Shown: positions 32,352 to 42,937 of the stretch, piece after piece | Position numbering within the stretch: the first letter of the stretch is position 1 | How the letters are laid out: each line of letters starts with the position of its first letter | Source: Tetramitus jugosus | Taxonomy: Eukaryota > Protista > Heterolobosea | Assembly: GCA_937625935.1 (NCBI GenBank) | Contig: OW569389.1 | Span: 62,001-126,000 of the forward strand | Length of the DNA: 64,000 nt | Reading direction: 5' to 3' | Position numbers and translations under genes: made by a program | The notes under the pieces: model-generated | The model's input: only the letters and a program-made list of their open reading frames with translations | Told to the model about the DNA's origin: nothing | The model's database searches: none

Positions 32352-34434
32352 GCCTGTAGGTATGGAATGTTGTCAGATTGGTGAGTGGAATGGTGGAGAA
32401 CAATTTTGCTGGTGTTCTGACGAGAGCTGTCTCAAGAAGGTTCCCTATCGGAAAGGGAACAAGGCAAGGTGACTCTTTATCACCTACCACATACATTCTA
32501 GTGCACCAAACGGTGTTGATGTATGTTGACAGGAAGGTACTAGGTTACCGAGCTATGTCTCAAGGATTGTGGAACGCGGCCTACATCGACGATTGCAATT
32601 TGTTCGCCGAATCCAGGGCAGATATTGAGCGTGCTGCACAGGCGATGTCGGAGGTTCTATCGTCACTACGGATGTCGATGCACCCTGACAAGCTTGAACT
32701 GTATGTGCGACAAATGGAGAAGGACACAGGGTATGACATAGAGGTGGATGGAACAGTTGTTCCCGCGAGAGACAGTTCTCGAGTCTTTCGAGCACTGGGT
32801 CTTTTCACCAACCTAAAGGGGAATACAAAACAACAAATTGAGCAGGCATGGAACAAGTCCCAAAGAGTGGTGACTATGTTGAAAATGATGAAGCTTACTC
32901 CCAGACAGGTGGCAAGAGTAGTGAACACATGTATTCACCCTATTTTCAAGTATGCATCTGAGTTCACTGATTGGACTGATGGATGGATACTCAAGGTGAA
33001 CAGACTGGGTAGGATGCTGGTCAAGCACGGATCGGTAGCAATGAAACGCTTCCCCTCCGAACTGCTCCCGGTCAGCAGTGATCATGGATCGATCGGTCTG
33101 AACGATATAGAAGAAACTATCACGACGCAAACCGCCTGGTTTGTCAGTACCATGGTGTCTGGTAAGAGAGATACCGAAGCGAAACAGCTGTTGCTTGACA
33201 CGCTTGAGGAGATCAAGCAAAAACAAACATTCCAATCAGAGAATGTATTTCAGTCAAGCAACAGGCTGGAACACGCTAAGCACTCTTACCTGAAGTGGTG
33301 TGCGCTAAGAATGCACAGATATAATATCAAACTAGGGAAGGAACGGGTCTACAACAACTGTGATGACTGCAATATCGCACGATATGTGCCATCAGTTATC
33401 CTCAAAAGGCTCTACCTTGGTGGTATTACAAACAGGGACCAATTGGTCCTGGACAACAAGCTCAAAAGTCTGAAGGACATCAGAATTGAATTCCCGGGGT
33501 GCAAGATCGGGACAAGATCTCATGAGATGCTGAAAATCATGGTGTCACAAATGAACGGTTGTGAGTGTCAATCACAAAGGGAGGATCCCTCCAGCAGTAA
33601 CGCAGAATCCCTCATGATGGGGGACTCCCGTATCGAGAGCAGAGAGCAGCTACAGTCAATGATGGATCAACAAAGGACCGAAAGAATCTCGGGAATGGGG
33701 CTCTACTGGCTGCAAGCTGATGCAATACGAAGCGGAGCTGACTTCAGCTTTCTGAAGTACCCACACAAGATCAATAGGCAAGTGGAGTGGTTCTATGCTC
33801 AAGTGCGTAGCGGTACTCTTCACACAAAAGAGACAAAGCGCTGTCTATATGGCAAGGATGAAGTGATGGAAAGATGTGAGCGATGTCTCAAAGAGCCAGA
33901 GACGATACAACACTGTCTCATACGTTGTCCAAGGGCCATCGTGCGCCGAAGAAGACTGGCATTGTCAGTAGGTAAAGACCTTGACAAGCTGGGTATTCAT
34001 CATAAGCAGCAAATCAATATATGGTTTGATAATGTTGTGTGGAAGGATGGTAAAATCTCTGTGAGAGAAAATCGTAAGACAAGCAAGGAGTTCCTATCTG
34101 GTATGATGGGGGTTGAAAATTCAGCAGTGGAACAAGTAACAAAAGGTTTGAGGATGAACGGTGTGAAGAAGGTCATGGCGGAAAAGAAAGCGAAATCATT
34201 CGTGAACAGGGTGAAGAGGAGGTGCGTCGACACCCTTCATCGCCTATTCATCTCCCACAAGGAAGACACATAACAATGACGCTCTACGAGCGTCATTGTG
34301 AGAAATGAAAAGTAACGGAGGAGATAACGCTCTTCGAGCGTTATCCAGTGTAAATAGTCAGAAAATAAAATCGGAGCAACCGAAATGGTTGTATTAAAAA
34401 AAAAAAAAAAAAAAAAAAGCCTGTAGGTATGGAA
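32352..34434 (+). mobile_element. 5'-truncated non-LTR retrotransposon (L1/Tx1/TRE-like), recent, 51 bp upstream of 5S
   Basis: Perfect 16-bp TSD gcctgtaggtatggaa (32352-32367 and 34419-34434), A23 tail (34396-34418) and an uninterrupted ORF2 remnant. Confidence 0.95.
32369..34273 (+). CDS. LINE ORF2 remnant: C-terminal half of reverse transcriptase + CCHC zinc knuckle (no native start)
   Basis: GTRQGDSLSP, AYIDD, FRALG, and CERC...ETIQHCLIRC. Frame is open from the 5' junction. Confidence 0.9.
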   Translation, partial: VVRLVSGMVENNFAGVLTRAVSRRFPIGKGTRQGDSLSPTTYILVHQTVLMYVDRKVLGYRAMSQGLWNAAYIDDCNLFAESRADIERAAQAMSEVLSSLRMSMHPDKLELYVRQMEKDTGYDIEVDGTVVPARDSSRVFRALGLFTNLKGNTKQQIEQAWNKSQRVVTMLKMMKLTPRQVARVVNTCIHPIFKYASEFTDWTDGWILKVNRLGRMLVKHGSVAMKRFPSELLPVSSDHGSIGLNDIEETITTQTAWFVSTMVSGKRDTEAKQLLLDTLEEIKQKQTFQSENVFQSSNRLEHAKHSYLKWCALRMHRYNIKLGKERVYNNCDDCNIARYVPSVILKRLYLGGITNRDQLVLDNKLKSLKDIRIEFPGCKIGTRSHEMLKIMVSQMNGCECQSQREDPSSSNAESLMMGDSRIESREQLQSMMDQQRTERISGMGLYWLQADAIRSGADFSFLKYPHKINRQVEWFYAQVRSGTLHTKETKRCLYGKDEVMERCERCLKEPETIQHCLIRCPRAIVRRRRLALSVGKDLDKLGIHHKQQINIWFDNVVWKDGKISVRENRKTSKEFLSGMMGVENSAVEQVTKGLRMNGVKKVMAEKKAKSFVNRVKRRCVDTLHRLFISHKEDT

Positions 34435-34451
34435 AAATTTGCGAACTCAGC

Positions 34452-34545
34452 AGAAGGCAGCTGGCAGTGAAAGGGAACACGAGCGAGTGCAAATGGGAGT
34501 ACCGGATTCAAGTCATGTGGATATCTGGTTCGATGAAGTCGATCA
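34452..34545 (+). mobile_element. Older LINE ORF2 fragment directly behind the recent insertion
   Basis: RRQLAVK / HERVQMGVPDSSHVDIWFDEV (one frameshift) matches RRRLALSVGKDLDKLGI..INIWFD. Confidence 0.7.
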
Positions 34546-34587
34546 ATAAATTTACTACAATCTATTCCCGTGATTCTGATTGTGAGT

Positions 34588-36177
34588 TTAAGGAGAGCTA
34601 AAATTTATAGTCATGTGATCGATGAGTAACACTGATGACAATATTTTCACACAGGATGAAGCAGCTGGAGAGTGACCCTTCGTGCTGATTGGAACGGGCG
34701 ACGCTTTGTTGATTACAATACCGTGCGCAGTACCGTTGAAGACTTCAAGTTTGTTCATAATTTCAAATTGTAAATGAATTCTTCTCCATTGCACATTACT
34801 ATGGCATTGTAGGTTGTGCATGATCGAAGGTATAAATTCAATCTCTTGAGCCTGATCAGATAGGAACTTCCGTTCTGATGCTTGAACTAGCATATCTGAT
34901 ACATCTGGTTCGTTGTCTATGCACTTATCCAGGGGAAGCAGTCTACGATAATACGTGTCAGTGTTGGTTGTATCCGTATTGAAGAATCTAGAGTGTCCCA
35001 CAACAGCAAATGACAACTGATTTCGAAACAGAGGTTCTGTGTATGAGTGCGAATATGATATCATTGATGTTGCGTGAGGCACAATCATATCAAAATGTGT
35101 GGCACCACTCAATGTACAGTACTTGAATTTGCGTAGTGCGTGAATGAATTTGGAGTCTGGTTCACTCATTTGCAACAGAATCGGTTCCTTTCTTCCTCCA
35201 TATCCACTATCCTCCAAACAGAGTTGTTTTCCAGTTTCTCCAATGATATGTTTCATGTACAACTCAGCGCCGGCCTTGAGCCCCTTATGGAGCCAGGAAC
35301 TTCCAGATGGCTTTCGAGCACCCAAGTGTGGAGTACTTATTGACATGTAACTCACAGGAATGACACGATTAACCAATACTTCATGATCAAGGATCAATGG
35401 AGCTGCGAATCTCATGTACAAGCCTCCTAGAGAATGACCAACCAAAGACAGATAGATATGATCGTATCTGGTCAAATATTTGATATAGAATTCAGTGACT
35501 TCATTCGAAATACGTTCTCCACCGACATGGATTCCGTTCCAAGTATCAGAAGAGTTCGATCGTACACATAATATGAAAAAGTCGACGTTAGGACAGTTCT
35601 TTTCGAATAGAAATCGAATCCTTTCACTCATATAAAACATGTCCAAATCTGTTCCATTGTTTCCATGACTAAGCACCAGAAAGTGAGCACTATTCTCTCT
35701 CAGTTCAATCTCAATATCGTTGTGGTTCGCTAGGAATGAAAATTCTTCTTGTTGATCCTCCGCGGTGCTATTGTCATGATGAAAATGACAAGTATTCTGT
35801 TTCAAGTTCAAATCCAGTACAATCTGATTCAGAGCAACCAGTCTCTTTCCATCACAGTTCACCTCTACTTGGACAAACGAATCCTTGCAGTGGGCAGTGA
35901 AACGATGAGTGAATGATCGCTTGGTGGCACTCAAGGAAAAAGTTTCCTCACGCAACAGCAACATTTCCGATAAAGAACCCTCTTCTTGCACATTCCCATG
36001 TGGAGTAAATAGCTTGAAATGGACTTGAATCTTTGTGTTTTGCATGGAACATCGTACAGGAACACTACCAGTCAGTGTAAATGTGCCTCTTGCTTTAAAA
36101 ACGGGAAATGTGTGGTTGTTTGAAGCAGCATCTGCTGAACTTCCAAGGTTTAGCCTAACATCTGTTGGTTCTTCCAT
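34588..36177 (-). CDS. DUF676 putative serine esterase/lipase
   Basis: LVLSHGNNG, SLVGHSLGGL, STPHLG, D.IVP motifs. Confidence 0.88.
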   Translation of the reverse strand: MEEPTDVRLNLGSSADAASNNHTFPVFKARGTFTLTGSVPVRCSMQNTKIQVHFKLFTPHGNVQEEGSLSEMLLLREETFSLSATKRSFTHRFTAHCKDSFVQVEVNCDGKRLVALNQIVLDLNLKQNTCHFHHDNSTAEDQQEEFSFLANHNDIEIELRENSAHFLVLSHGNNGTDLDMFYMSERIRFLFEKNCPNVDFFILCVRSNSSDTWNGIHVGGERISNEVTEFYIKYLTRYDHIYLSLVGHSLGGLYMRFAAPLILDHEVLVNRVIPVSYMSISTPHLGARKPSGSSWLHKGLKAGAELYMKHIIGETGKQLCLEDSGYGGRKEPILLQMSEPDSKFIHALRKFKYCTLSGATHFDMIVPHATSMISYSHSYTEPLFRNQLSFAVVGHSRFFNTDTTNTDTYYRRLLPLDKCIDNEPDVSDMLVQASERKFLSDQAQEIEFIPSIMHNLQCHSNVQWRRIHLQFEIMNKLEVFNGTAHGIVINKASPVPISTKGHSPAASSCVKILSSVLLIDHMTINFSSP

Positions 36178-36372
36178 CTTTTGTTTCTTTGGTTGTTGAC
36201 AACGTGTTGTCTGCCCAAAACGCGAATAAAGTATGCATGTTCTCCTTCTATTTCTTTGTTTGCCATCGGAGGAACTGGGAACAGAACTTGCAGCAGATAT
36301 CGAAATCAGATCTTCAGATCAGCAAGAAGATTTTTACTCTGTAAGAAAATACTTAATCTTTCTCTGAACAGC

Positions 36373-37104
36373 TTAGAACAAGTCATCCATGTCCATTGAG
36401 CCATCATACTCATCTCCATCACCAAACACATCATCCAAGTTGTTTGCTCCAGTCTTGTTTGATGTCTTCTTGTTGCCACTGCTGCTACTTGCCTTGGCCT
36501 TGCTATTGCTAGCTCCCTTGTTTGATCGCATGCGATCAGAGCTAAACAAACTGTCATAGCTCTTTGCTTCAGCCTCTTTCCTCTTTTGCTCAATTTCGCG
36601 CTTTTCCTGTAATTTTTTTTCGCGTGTATCCTTTTTTTTGGATTCTCTTTCTTGCTTGTCTCTCTCGTCGCGCAACGCTTGGAGATTGGGATTCGTGTCT
36701 TCCACCTTGGTCTTCTTGATGCGATTCACAATATCACGATTCTTCTTGAGCACCATGGTATAATAGGCCTTGCTTGGGTCATGATAACCAACTGCTCCCG
36801 TGGCCATATCACCAGTCTTCTTCAAATTACTTGCCATTGTGTAAACAATGCGAATATTGTTTAGCTTTTTACCTTCAATAGAGTTTTCTTTCGTGTATTG
36901 TGCCATGTCTTCCAATACGGCAGGTGGTATCGAATGAATCGTCTCATTTGGCTTCAATCGCAAGTACAAATGAGCACTAGAGTGCTTATCCACGTGGAAC
37001 CAAACATCTTCTGGCCAAGAGTATTTGATGAGCTCTTCGTTTTCTTCCTTGTCTTTTCCCAAGTAGCAAACGTATTCTGGGTCAATGCATTTGAAGTAGA
37101 ACAT
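36373..37104 (-). CDS. CCDC25: CCDC25 / NFACT-R (DUF814) protein
   Basis: GKDKEENEELIKY.WPEDVWFHVDKHSSAHLYLRL, NSIEGKK, NLKKTGDM..G.VGYH. Confidence 0.93.
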   Translation of the reverse strand: MFYFKCIDPEYVCYLGKDKEENEELIKYSWPEDVWFHVDKHSSAHLYLRLKPNETIHSIPPAVLEDMAQYTKENSIEGKKLNNIRIVYTMASNLKKTGDMATGAVGYHDPSKAYYTMVLKKNRDIVNRIKKTKVEDTNPNLQALRDERDKQERESKKKDTREKKLQEKREIEQKRKEAEAKSYDSLFSSDRMRSNKGASNSKAKASSSSGNKKTSNKTGANNLDDVFGDGDEYDGSMDMDDLF

Positions 37105-37228
37105 TTTTCTCTGTTGTTGTGCTTGTTCTTGTTGTCGCGATTTATTTGCGGGAAATGAAATTTTTTTGTCGCAGCGGAGAAAGACGGAGAATTGTTTACT
37201 CCTACTGGATATGAATACAATAACAGGA

Positions 37229-40200
37229 TTACTTGGACAGGAGTTGCAACAGGCCAGTGAACTTGTCTGGAGTGAGCAAAAAGTATCGCTCCATGGCTTC
37301 TCTGAATCTACCCTTGTAGTTCTTGGGGGAGATGACTGTTGGCACCTTGCCCTTACTGCTGATGATACCAGCGGATTTGACCCATGTTTCCAAGTGCTTA
37401 TCCCACGTGTACTGTCTCACGTAATCAATGATACCAACGATTAATTCTTGACTTTGATCATCAACACCAACAAGCAAGCTGTAATCCATGACATTAAGTT
37501 TGCTGAGGAACAGAGTGTCATTGTGAATGCTCGTCGATAGAACTCCCTTGGACAATTGCCGAGTGATGAGTGGAGGAGATCCAGCATACATGCTCTTCAG
37601 TAAATTTTCGTCCAATAGTACAGCTCCCATCTCCTTCTGGTATCTGTTACGTTCACTACCCTTCAAATCATACGTTCGGTCAACGTTTCTATCATAAAAC
37701 AAGTTGTCCATAATGATGACATCTTGCTTGGTGAGCTTTCCCTTGTGATAGTAACCGATACGATACACACCAATGATCTTACATAAGACTGTAGGGAGTT
37801 CATGGAACAAAGCATTGACCATGTAATCAAAGTATGCAGGTCCAGTCTCCAAGAATGTAAGTAGTTCCACACGCGAGATCTGTTTGATGACGAATCGATC
37901 GTCCCATGTCTTCGTAAAAGTCGACTTTGATTTTCCTCCTGTGGGAGTCCATTGTTTGCAACGAGATAAAGAGTGAACAAATTGAACATCACCACTGCAG
38001 TATGCCCTTCTGAGTGCTGCAAATTGCTTTGCAAAGTAGCATGTGCAATAAAAATCATTCTTTCCCTTCCTCTCGCCTCTAGTTGGTGCGTTGCCAGTTT
38101 CTGAGTCACTAACAGTCTCGCTTGAGTTGGTGTTGAATACGAATTTAAAGTGATTGTTTTCCTTTGATGTCATGTGTTGCTCAACTGCGGAAGAAGCATA
38201 TCGTTCATCGACTGAATCAGTATCTTCATCATCTGTAATGTCGTAATCTCTCGTATCATCACTGTATGCATCAAAGTCACCATCGTCTTGAACTGCATTG
38301 TGATAATCATTCGAGCATAGGGTGTACGCAATAATGGTGGATGGTTCATCATTATAAACAATAATATTAGAGTCTGATTGGTTGCTTTGTAAGTTCATGT
38401 ACGGAGCAACACTGCTGATTAGCTTTGGTATCTCTACAGGTACAACCTTGTTGTTTTTGTTGTAGAGAGAGGCGAGTATTGCTGAATTGCCAAACGCTGG
38501 GGACTTGGCTGACTCTACAGACGTGCTCAAAGCAGTTAGACTCATAGAGTGAGGTAATTTAGAACCGTTGGACAACTCGAAGGGAGAAGGTGGAGATCTG
38601 CCAGTAGGACTCACCAAATATGGTACCTGGTCCATGGAGGTAGGAGTGTTCGCAGAGAGCGTGAGCTTTGGAACAGCGAAGGAGCTATCAACATTCGTCA
38701 CGATCGAGTTTGAAGGAGATAAATGCGGAATGGGGGAGCCCAAAGATTTCGATGTTAAAATCACACTCTTAATCGGTCGTTGGGCGTCATTGCTAGCAGT
38801 CAGAGTGATAATAATGTAGTCAGAGTGAATAAGGTTCGTACTAGCAACAGAATCATTGCTATCACTTCTTGCTGGTTTCGGAGGAGTGGTTGCATCATTC
38901 ATAGTGACGTTGGCTCTTCTTGATTGGAGTCGCTTGTTCTCTCGGGCAAGTTTGTTGTTCACCTTGATGCTGTTTGGATGTTTGCTCTCATCAATTAGAT
39001 CTTCAATGACAGTATTCCAAGTTTTTGCAGTGATATAAATGTTCTTAATCATGTGATTCAATCTATACATGTTCACTTCCTGCCTGATTGATTCAATAGC
39101 AACTTTCAGGTTCTCATACTGTTGTTCCAACGATGTTCTAAACAACTCTATCTGGTCTTCCATCTCAACAAAGTCTACATTGCTCTCCATGTTGCTGGCA
39201 CACAGGAACAAATCACCGTACAACTTGCCACAAGCCTCAGACACTTCTGTCACAAACTTGTCAAAGCATTTTTGTTGCTTTGTTGAGCTGTAGCAAAGCT
39301 CATTAGATGGTACAGTAATCTTGTACACAGTGACAGGTTCATACTCAAACTTCGCTATAAAGTCCTTGTAACCAAAGCATCTGACATGATACTCATGGAT
39401 GGAATGTTTACAGTTACCCGTTCGACATACCAATGTATGATTATAGAGACCAGTTTCCAAGAATTTTCCGAAAGAATACTTGTACGTTCCTTCGGACATT
39501 GGCACAACGGGTGTCACATGCTTCTGGCACAATTTACAGAAGCTCCACATTGAGATACAGTCATCGTTGTTGGAATAAGTGATATGGTCAGCTTTTTCTA
39601 TGGTCACTTTTATCCTTCCTTCGTCGTGCGTGTACGTTCGAATAATACTAAGGTTCTCTTTGAGCAGCGCGGGATTGAAGCACTTTGTCTCCAAAAACTG
39701 TCCAAGTGCCATATCATTCTCCGTATAGTATGCAATCACAATAATTTCGGGAACGCCATAGTCTTGATGAGAGAAGTCATTGACGCTCTCTTTCATTGCA
39801 GAGTCATGCTTCAAAATCTTTGTGAATAGAACAACAATATTTTGGTGACTTAATGGTGATAGCATTTTGGAAGACAAGAGGGACTTGTCGAGAGCGCTGC
39901 TCTTTTTCGAGTACTCATATTCACCATTGTCCATAATTTCATCTGTCCATTCTTCGAATCGTAGTGGAATAGTCACATAGGGTGAGACAGACAGAACCTT
40001 TTCTTCAAGTTTTGCTGATGATTCACTTGATTGAGCGCTCACTAGTGAAGTTGTTTCGTCATCCATTGTACTGTTATTTAACTCGTGTGACTCGATTGAA
40101 GTCCGTTTATCGGTCGCGATGGAAGGCGCTCTGCGACGCTGTGATTGACCTACAAAGGTACCACACTCATCAAAGAATAATTCTGCCTCCAATCTCAAAT

Positions 40201-42937
40201 TGTATGCAACATAAACAGCAAAACGCATAATCTTCTTCACTAGTTTCAGCTCGTTTAGGTTTTCTCCTCTCAAAGCAATTGTACAGCCTGTCTCAGGGTT
40301 CGCACCCTTAATAATAAATAGTGTCTTGTTGGCCCAACTACCAAAAGCTCGACTCACTTGCATGCTAGTACATGCACCCAAATCATCTCTCACCAATTCA
40401 ATCTCATCAACAGAGTTCAATATAGGATAACCCGTGCATCTCGATATTCTTTCCATCACACCTCTCTTCACATTCACCAGCAGAGATATCTTTTGTTGAA
40501 CGAGCATCTCTTGGAAGATGCCACTCACAGGTTTTTGTACAATCACCAAATCAGGCTTTTTCAATTCGATTCTCTTGAGGAGGAGCTTAAAGAATTCTTC
40601 CTCTTGTCCCATCAAGATATTAAAGTTGGCCATTTGATTCTCAACACGATGAAATTCAATAGGGCAACCAAAGAGCAACAGTCGAGGATTGGCAGCGTTC
40701 GTTCTCATCTTCTTGTGCACTACATTCTTCTTGAACACTACACCGTCCACATACTCTGACTCAAACTTGGATCCTGGTATCTTCTTGATTTTCACATAGT
40801 GCCTAATGTCCATTTTATCACCTAGGTTTGGTTGTGGATTGATGCAGTTGACTGTGCGCAGGGCAAGACCAACAATCACATCTTTCCATGCCATGTCTAC
40901 ATTATCCTCTTGCAACAGTTGAGTAATCACCTTTCGAAGGTGTTGCTGAGAAATGTCTTCGATTGATTTGAGGTGATCATCAAACTTTTGTTCAAACTCT
41001 TCACCAGATATACTTGATGGATGTAAACAGATTTCAGAATTGGGAGAAATCGGAGAGGAGTCACCATCCAGAGGTTGTTTGTTTGTCTCGTGTTGCGTAA
41101 TGATCACCATGTCATCCACACTTTCAGATAGATAGGATTCCTGTGTTTTCGATGGACTGGACTTGATGGGCATAGGCACCGTAGATTCAGAAGAACTTTG
41201 CTTGGATGGATCACTGTTGTTGTTCGAAACTTCAGTATCCATTGTAGAATAGTTTCCCACAACATTCTGTGACGTGTACAGCTTTTTGATTGATTCTGTG
41301 GAAGGATTAGGATTCAAATCAATGTACTGCATGCTCTCATGCGTTGGCGAACGTATTTGATTGGTCAAAATGTTCAAACAGTGACCACAAACTCTCACCT
41401 TGCCAGAGTACCCGTACTGTGAACCCTCGACAAAATTATTGCTGCACTTCCAACAGAAAATTTGACCACAGACACGACAATGATGCTTTCGCTTCACGAC
41501 AGAGAAGGGAGCCTCACATTGATAACACGTAGAAACTCGATTATCAGGCATCCAGAATTGTTTGGAACTGGTTCGGCGCATCAACGTCCTTGCCAACAAA
41601 TGTTCTTGCCTTCTATTGTTTGCAACAGCATTGTTTGCTGCCGTAGCGTTCACAGGAGATGCGGGACCCGAGTAAGGCGCATTCATAAACGATTGATTCG
41701 TCACTGGTTGATAATTCCTTTGCAATGATAGACGTCTCGATTGATACCGTTGCGCTCGATTAGACGCTTCCTGCTCATTATGATTATCCTCTCCATTGTG
41801 ATTCTCTGAATCCATCCTTAAATTATTGTCCTTGACCACGTTTGAGCCACCGTCATTTTCCTCATTCTCTCCATTGCCCTTGAGACTCAACGAATTGTCC
41901 GACCTCGATCGTTTCAACAAGCTACCGGATCGTTCTCTATCTCCATGCATTCGAATGTGATGAGGTAGTGGCAGTGGTGGACCACCCATACCACCAGCAC
42001 CTGAATCACTTCGATGTAATCGATTCTCCAACTTTAAGTGTTCTTTTCGACTGTGTAGCAGACTACTGTATCCCGTATAGGAAGAACCCAACAGAAGAGC
42101 ACTATTAGCATTATTATTACTATTGTTATGATTATTATTGTTGTGATTGGATGATTCTCCATCATCATCATCATCATTATTGTTGTTTCGATTTTCATCA
42201 TTATTGTCTTGCTTATTATCATCATCATCATCATCATCATCCATGAGCAATGAATTCTTATCTGGTACAACTGATGAAAATGATCGTTTTCTCGTATGAT
42301 ACGTCTTACCATGTTCATCACTACTGTTGTTATTATTATTGTTATTGTCAATGACTGATGGTGAAGATGAATGTCTCATCAATGATGATTTCACTCTTTT
42401 ACTCGTCCATGACTGATGATCATCATGATTCGGATGACTCATGGACAAGTATTCAAAATGATCACCACTGCTATTACTACTATTCGTATTTGATTCACCA
42501 TGACCATCATTTTTATTATTATTATTATGATTACGATGATGACTATTCTTTTTAGATGGTATCGTTATGTGGTTATTATTATTATTATTATTATTGTTTG
42601 ATGAAGAAGGATGAGCATTGATTTGTCTCACATGCTTCAAATTTTTTACTCGAGCTTGACTGTCCAAAAATTCATTTTTCCAATTTTCATCATTTCCATT
42701 CTTTTGTTGCGCCGACCCATTTTTCTTTTTTTGCTTGTTTGAGGTGATTGAGGATCCACGACGCAATCCCATGGCACTTGATTCTCTCATTCGTTGCTTG
42801 ACTTCCAAATATCGTTCTACATCACTGCTCATGAGTGATTGTACAGTTGAGCTAATGAACACGGATGGTGATGCTCCATTCACTACGTTACTATTATTAT
42901 TGTTATTATTATTAGTATTATTAGTATTTTTGTTCAT
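37229..42937 (-). CDS. PIKFYVE: 1-phosphatidylinositol-3-phosphate 5-kinase (PIKfyve/Fab1)
   Basis: FYVE (WMPD..C..C..RKHHCRVCG), TCP1-like domain, PIPK domain (GGKSKS, YDLKGS, MDYSLLVG, IIDY). Asn/Asp-rich N-terminus. Confidence 0.96.
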   Translation of the reverse strand: MNKNTNNTNNNNNNNSNVVNGASPSVFISSTVQSLMSSDVERYLEVKQRMRESSAMGLRRGSSITSNKQKKKNGSAQQKNGNDENWKNEFLDSQARVKNLKHVRQINAHPSSSNNNNNNNNNHITIPSKKNSHHRNHNNNNKNDGHGESNTNSSNSSGDHFEYLSMSHPNHDDHQSWTSKRVKSSLMRHSSSPSVIDNNNNNNNSSDEHGKTYHTRKRSFSSVVPDKNSLLMDDDDDDDDNKQDNNDENRNNNNDDDDDGESSNHNNNNHNNSNNNANSALLLGSSYTGYSSLLHSRKEHLKLENRLHRSDSGAGGMGGPPLPLPHHIRMHGDRERSGSLLKRSRSDNSLSLKGNGENEENDGGSNVVKDNNLRMDSENHNGEDNHNEQEASNRAQRYQSRRLSLQRNYQPVTNQSFMNAPYSGPASPVNATAANNAVANNRRQEHLLARTLMRRTSSKQFWMPDNRVSTCYQCEAPFSVVKRKHHCRVCGQIFCWKCSNNFVEGSQYGYSGKVRVCGHCLNILTNQIRSPTHESMQYIDLNPNPSTESIKKLYTSQNVVGNYSTMDTEVSNNNSDPSKQSSSESTVPMPIKSSPSKTQESYLSESVDDMVIITQHETNKQPLDGDSSPISPNSEICLHPSSISGEEFEQKFDDHLKSIEDISQQHLRKVITQLLQEDNVDMAWKDVIVGLALRTVNCINPQPNLGDKMDIRHYVKIKKIPGSKFESEYVDGVVFKKNVVHKKMRTNAANPRLLLFGCPIEFHRVENQMANFNILMGQEEEFFKLLLKRIELKKPDLVIVQKPVSGIFQEMLVQQKISLLVNVKRGVMERISRCTGYPILNSVDEIELVRDDLGACTSMQVSRAFGSWANKTLFIIKGANPETGCTIALRGENLNELKLVKKIMRFAVYVAYNLRLEAELFFDECGTFVGQSQRRRAPSIATDKRTSIESHELNNSTMDDETTSLVSAQSSESSAKLEEKVLSVSPYVTIPLRFEEWTDEIMDNGEYEYSKKSSALDKSLLSSKMLSPLSHQNIVVLFTKILKHDSAMKESVNDFSHQDYGVPEIIVIAYYTENDMALGQFLETKCFNPALLKENLSIIRTYTHDEGRIKVTIEKADHITYSNNDDCISMWSFCKLCQKHVTPVVPMSEGTYKYSFGKFLETGLYNHTLVCRTGNCKHSIHEYHVRCFGYKDFIAKFEYEPVTVYKITVPSNELCYSSTKQQKCFDKFVTEVSEACGKLYGDLFLCASNMESNVDFVEMEDQIELFRTSLEQQYENLKVAIESIRQEVNMYRLNHMIKNIYITAKTWNTVIEDLIDESKHPNSIKVNNKLARENKRLQSRRANVTMNDATTPPKPARSDSNDSVASTNLIHSDYIIITLTASNDAQRPIKSVILTSKSLGSPIPHLSPSNSIVTNVDSSFAVPKLTLSANTPTSMDQVPYLVSPTGRSPPSPFELSNGSKLPHSMSLTALSTSVESAKSPAFGNSAILASLYNKNNKVVPVEIPKLISSVAPYMNLQSNQSDSNIIVYNDEPSTIIAYTLCSNDYHNAVQDDGDFDAYSDDTRDYDITDDEDTDSVDERYASSAVEQHMTSKENNHFKFVFNTNSSETVSDSETGNAPTRGERKGKNDFYCTCYFAKQFAALRRAYCSGDVQFVHSLSRCKQWTPTGGKSKSTFTKTWDDRFVIKQISRVELLTFLETGPAYFDYMVNALFHELPTVLCKIIGVYRIGYYHKGKLTKQDVIIMDNLFYDRNVDRTYDLKGSERNRYQKEMGAVLLDENLLKSMYAGSPPLITRQLSKGVLSTSIHNDTLFLSKLNVMDYSLLVGVDDQSQELIVGIIDYVRQYTWDKHLETWVKSAGIISSKGKVPTVISPKNYKGRFREAMERYFLLTPDKFTGLLQLLSK

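Noticed and set aside
42090-42930. (AAT)n/(GAT)n arrays, also at 58100-59330
   Set aside because: Ordinary poly-Asn/Asp/Ser coding low complexity.
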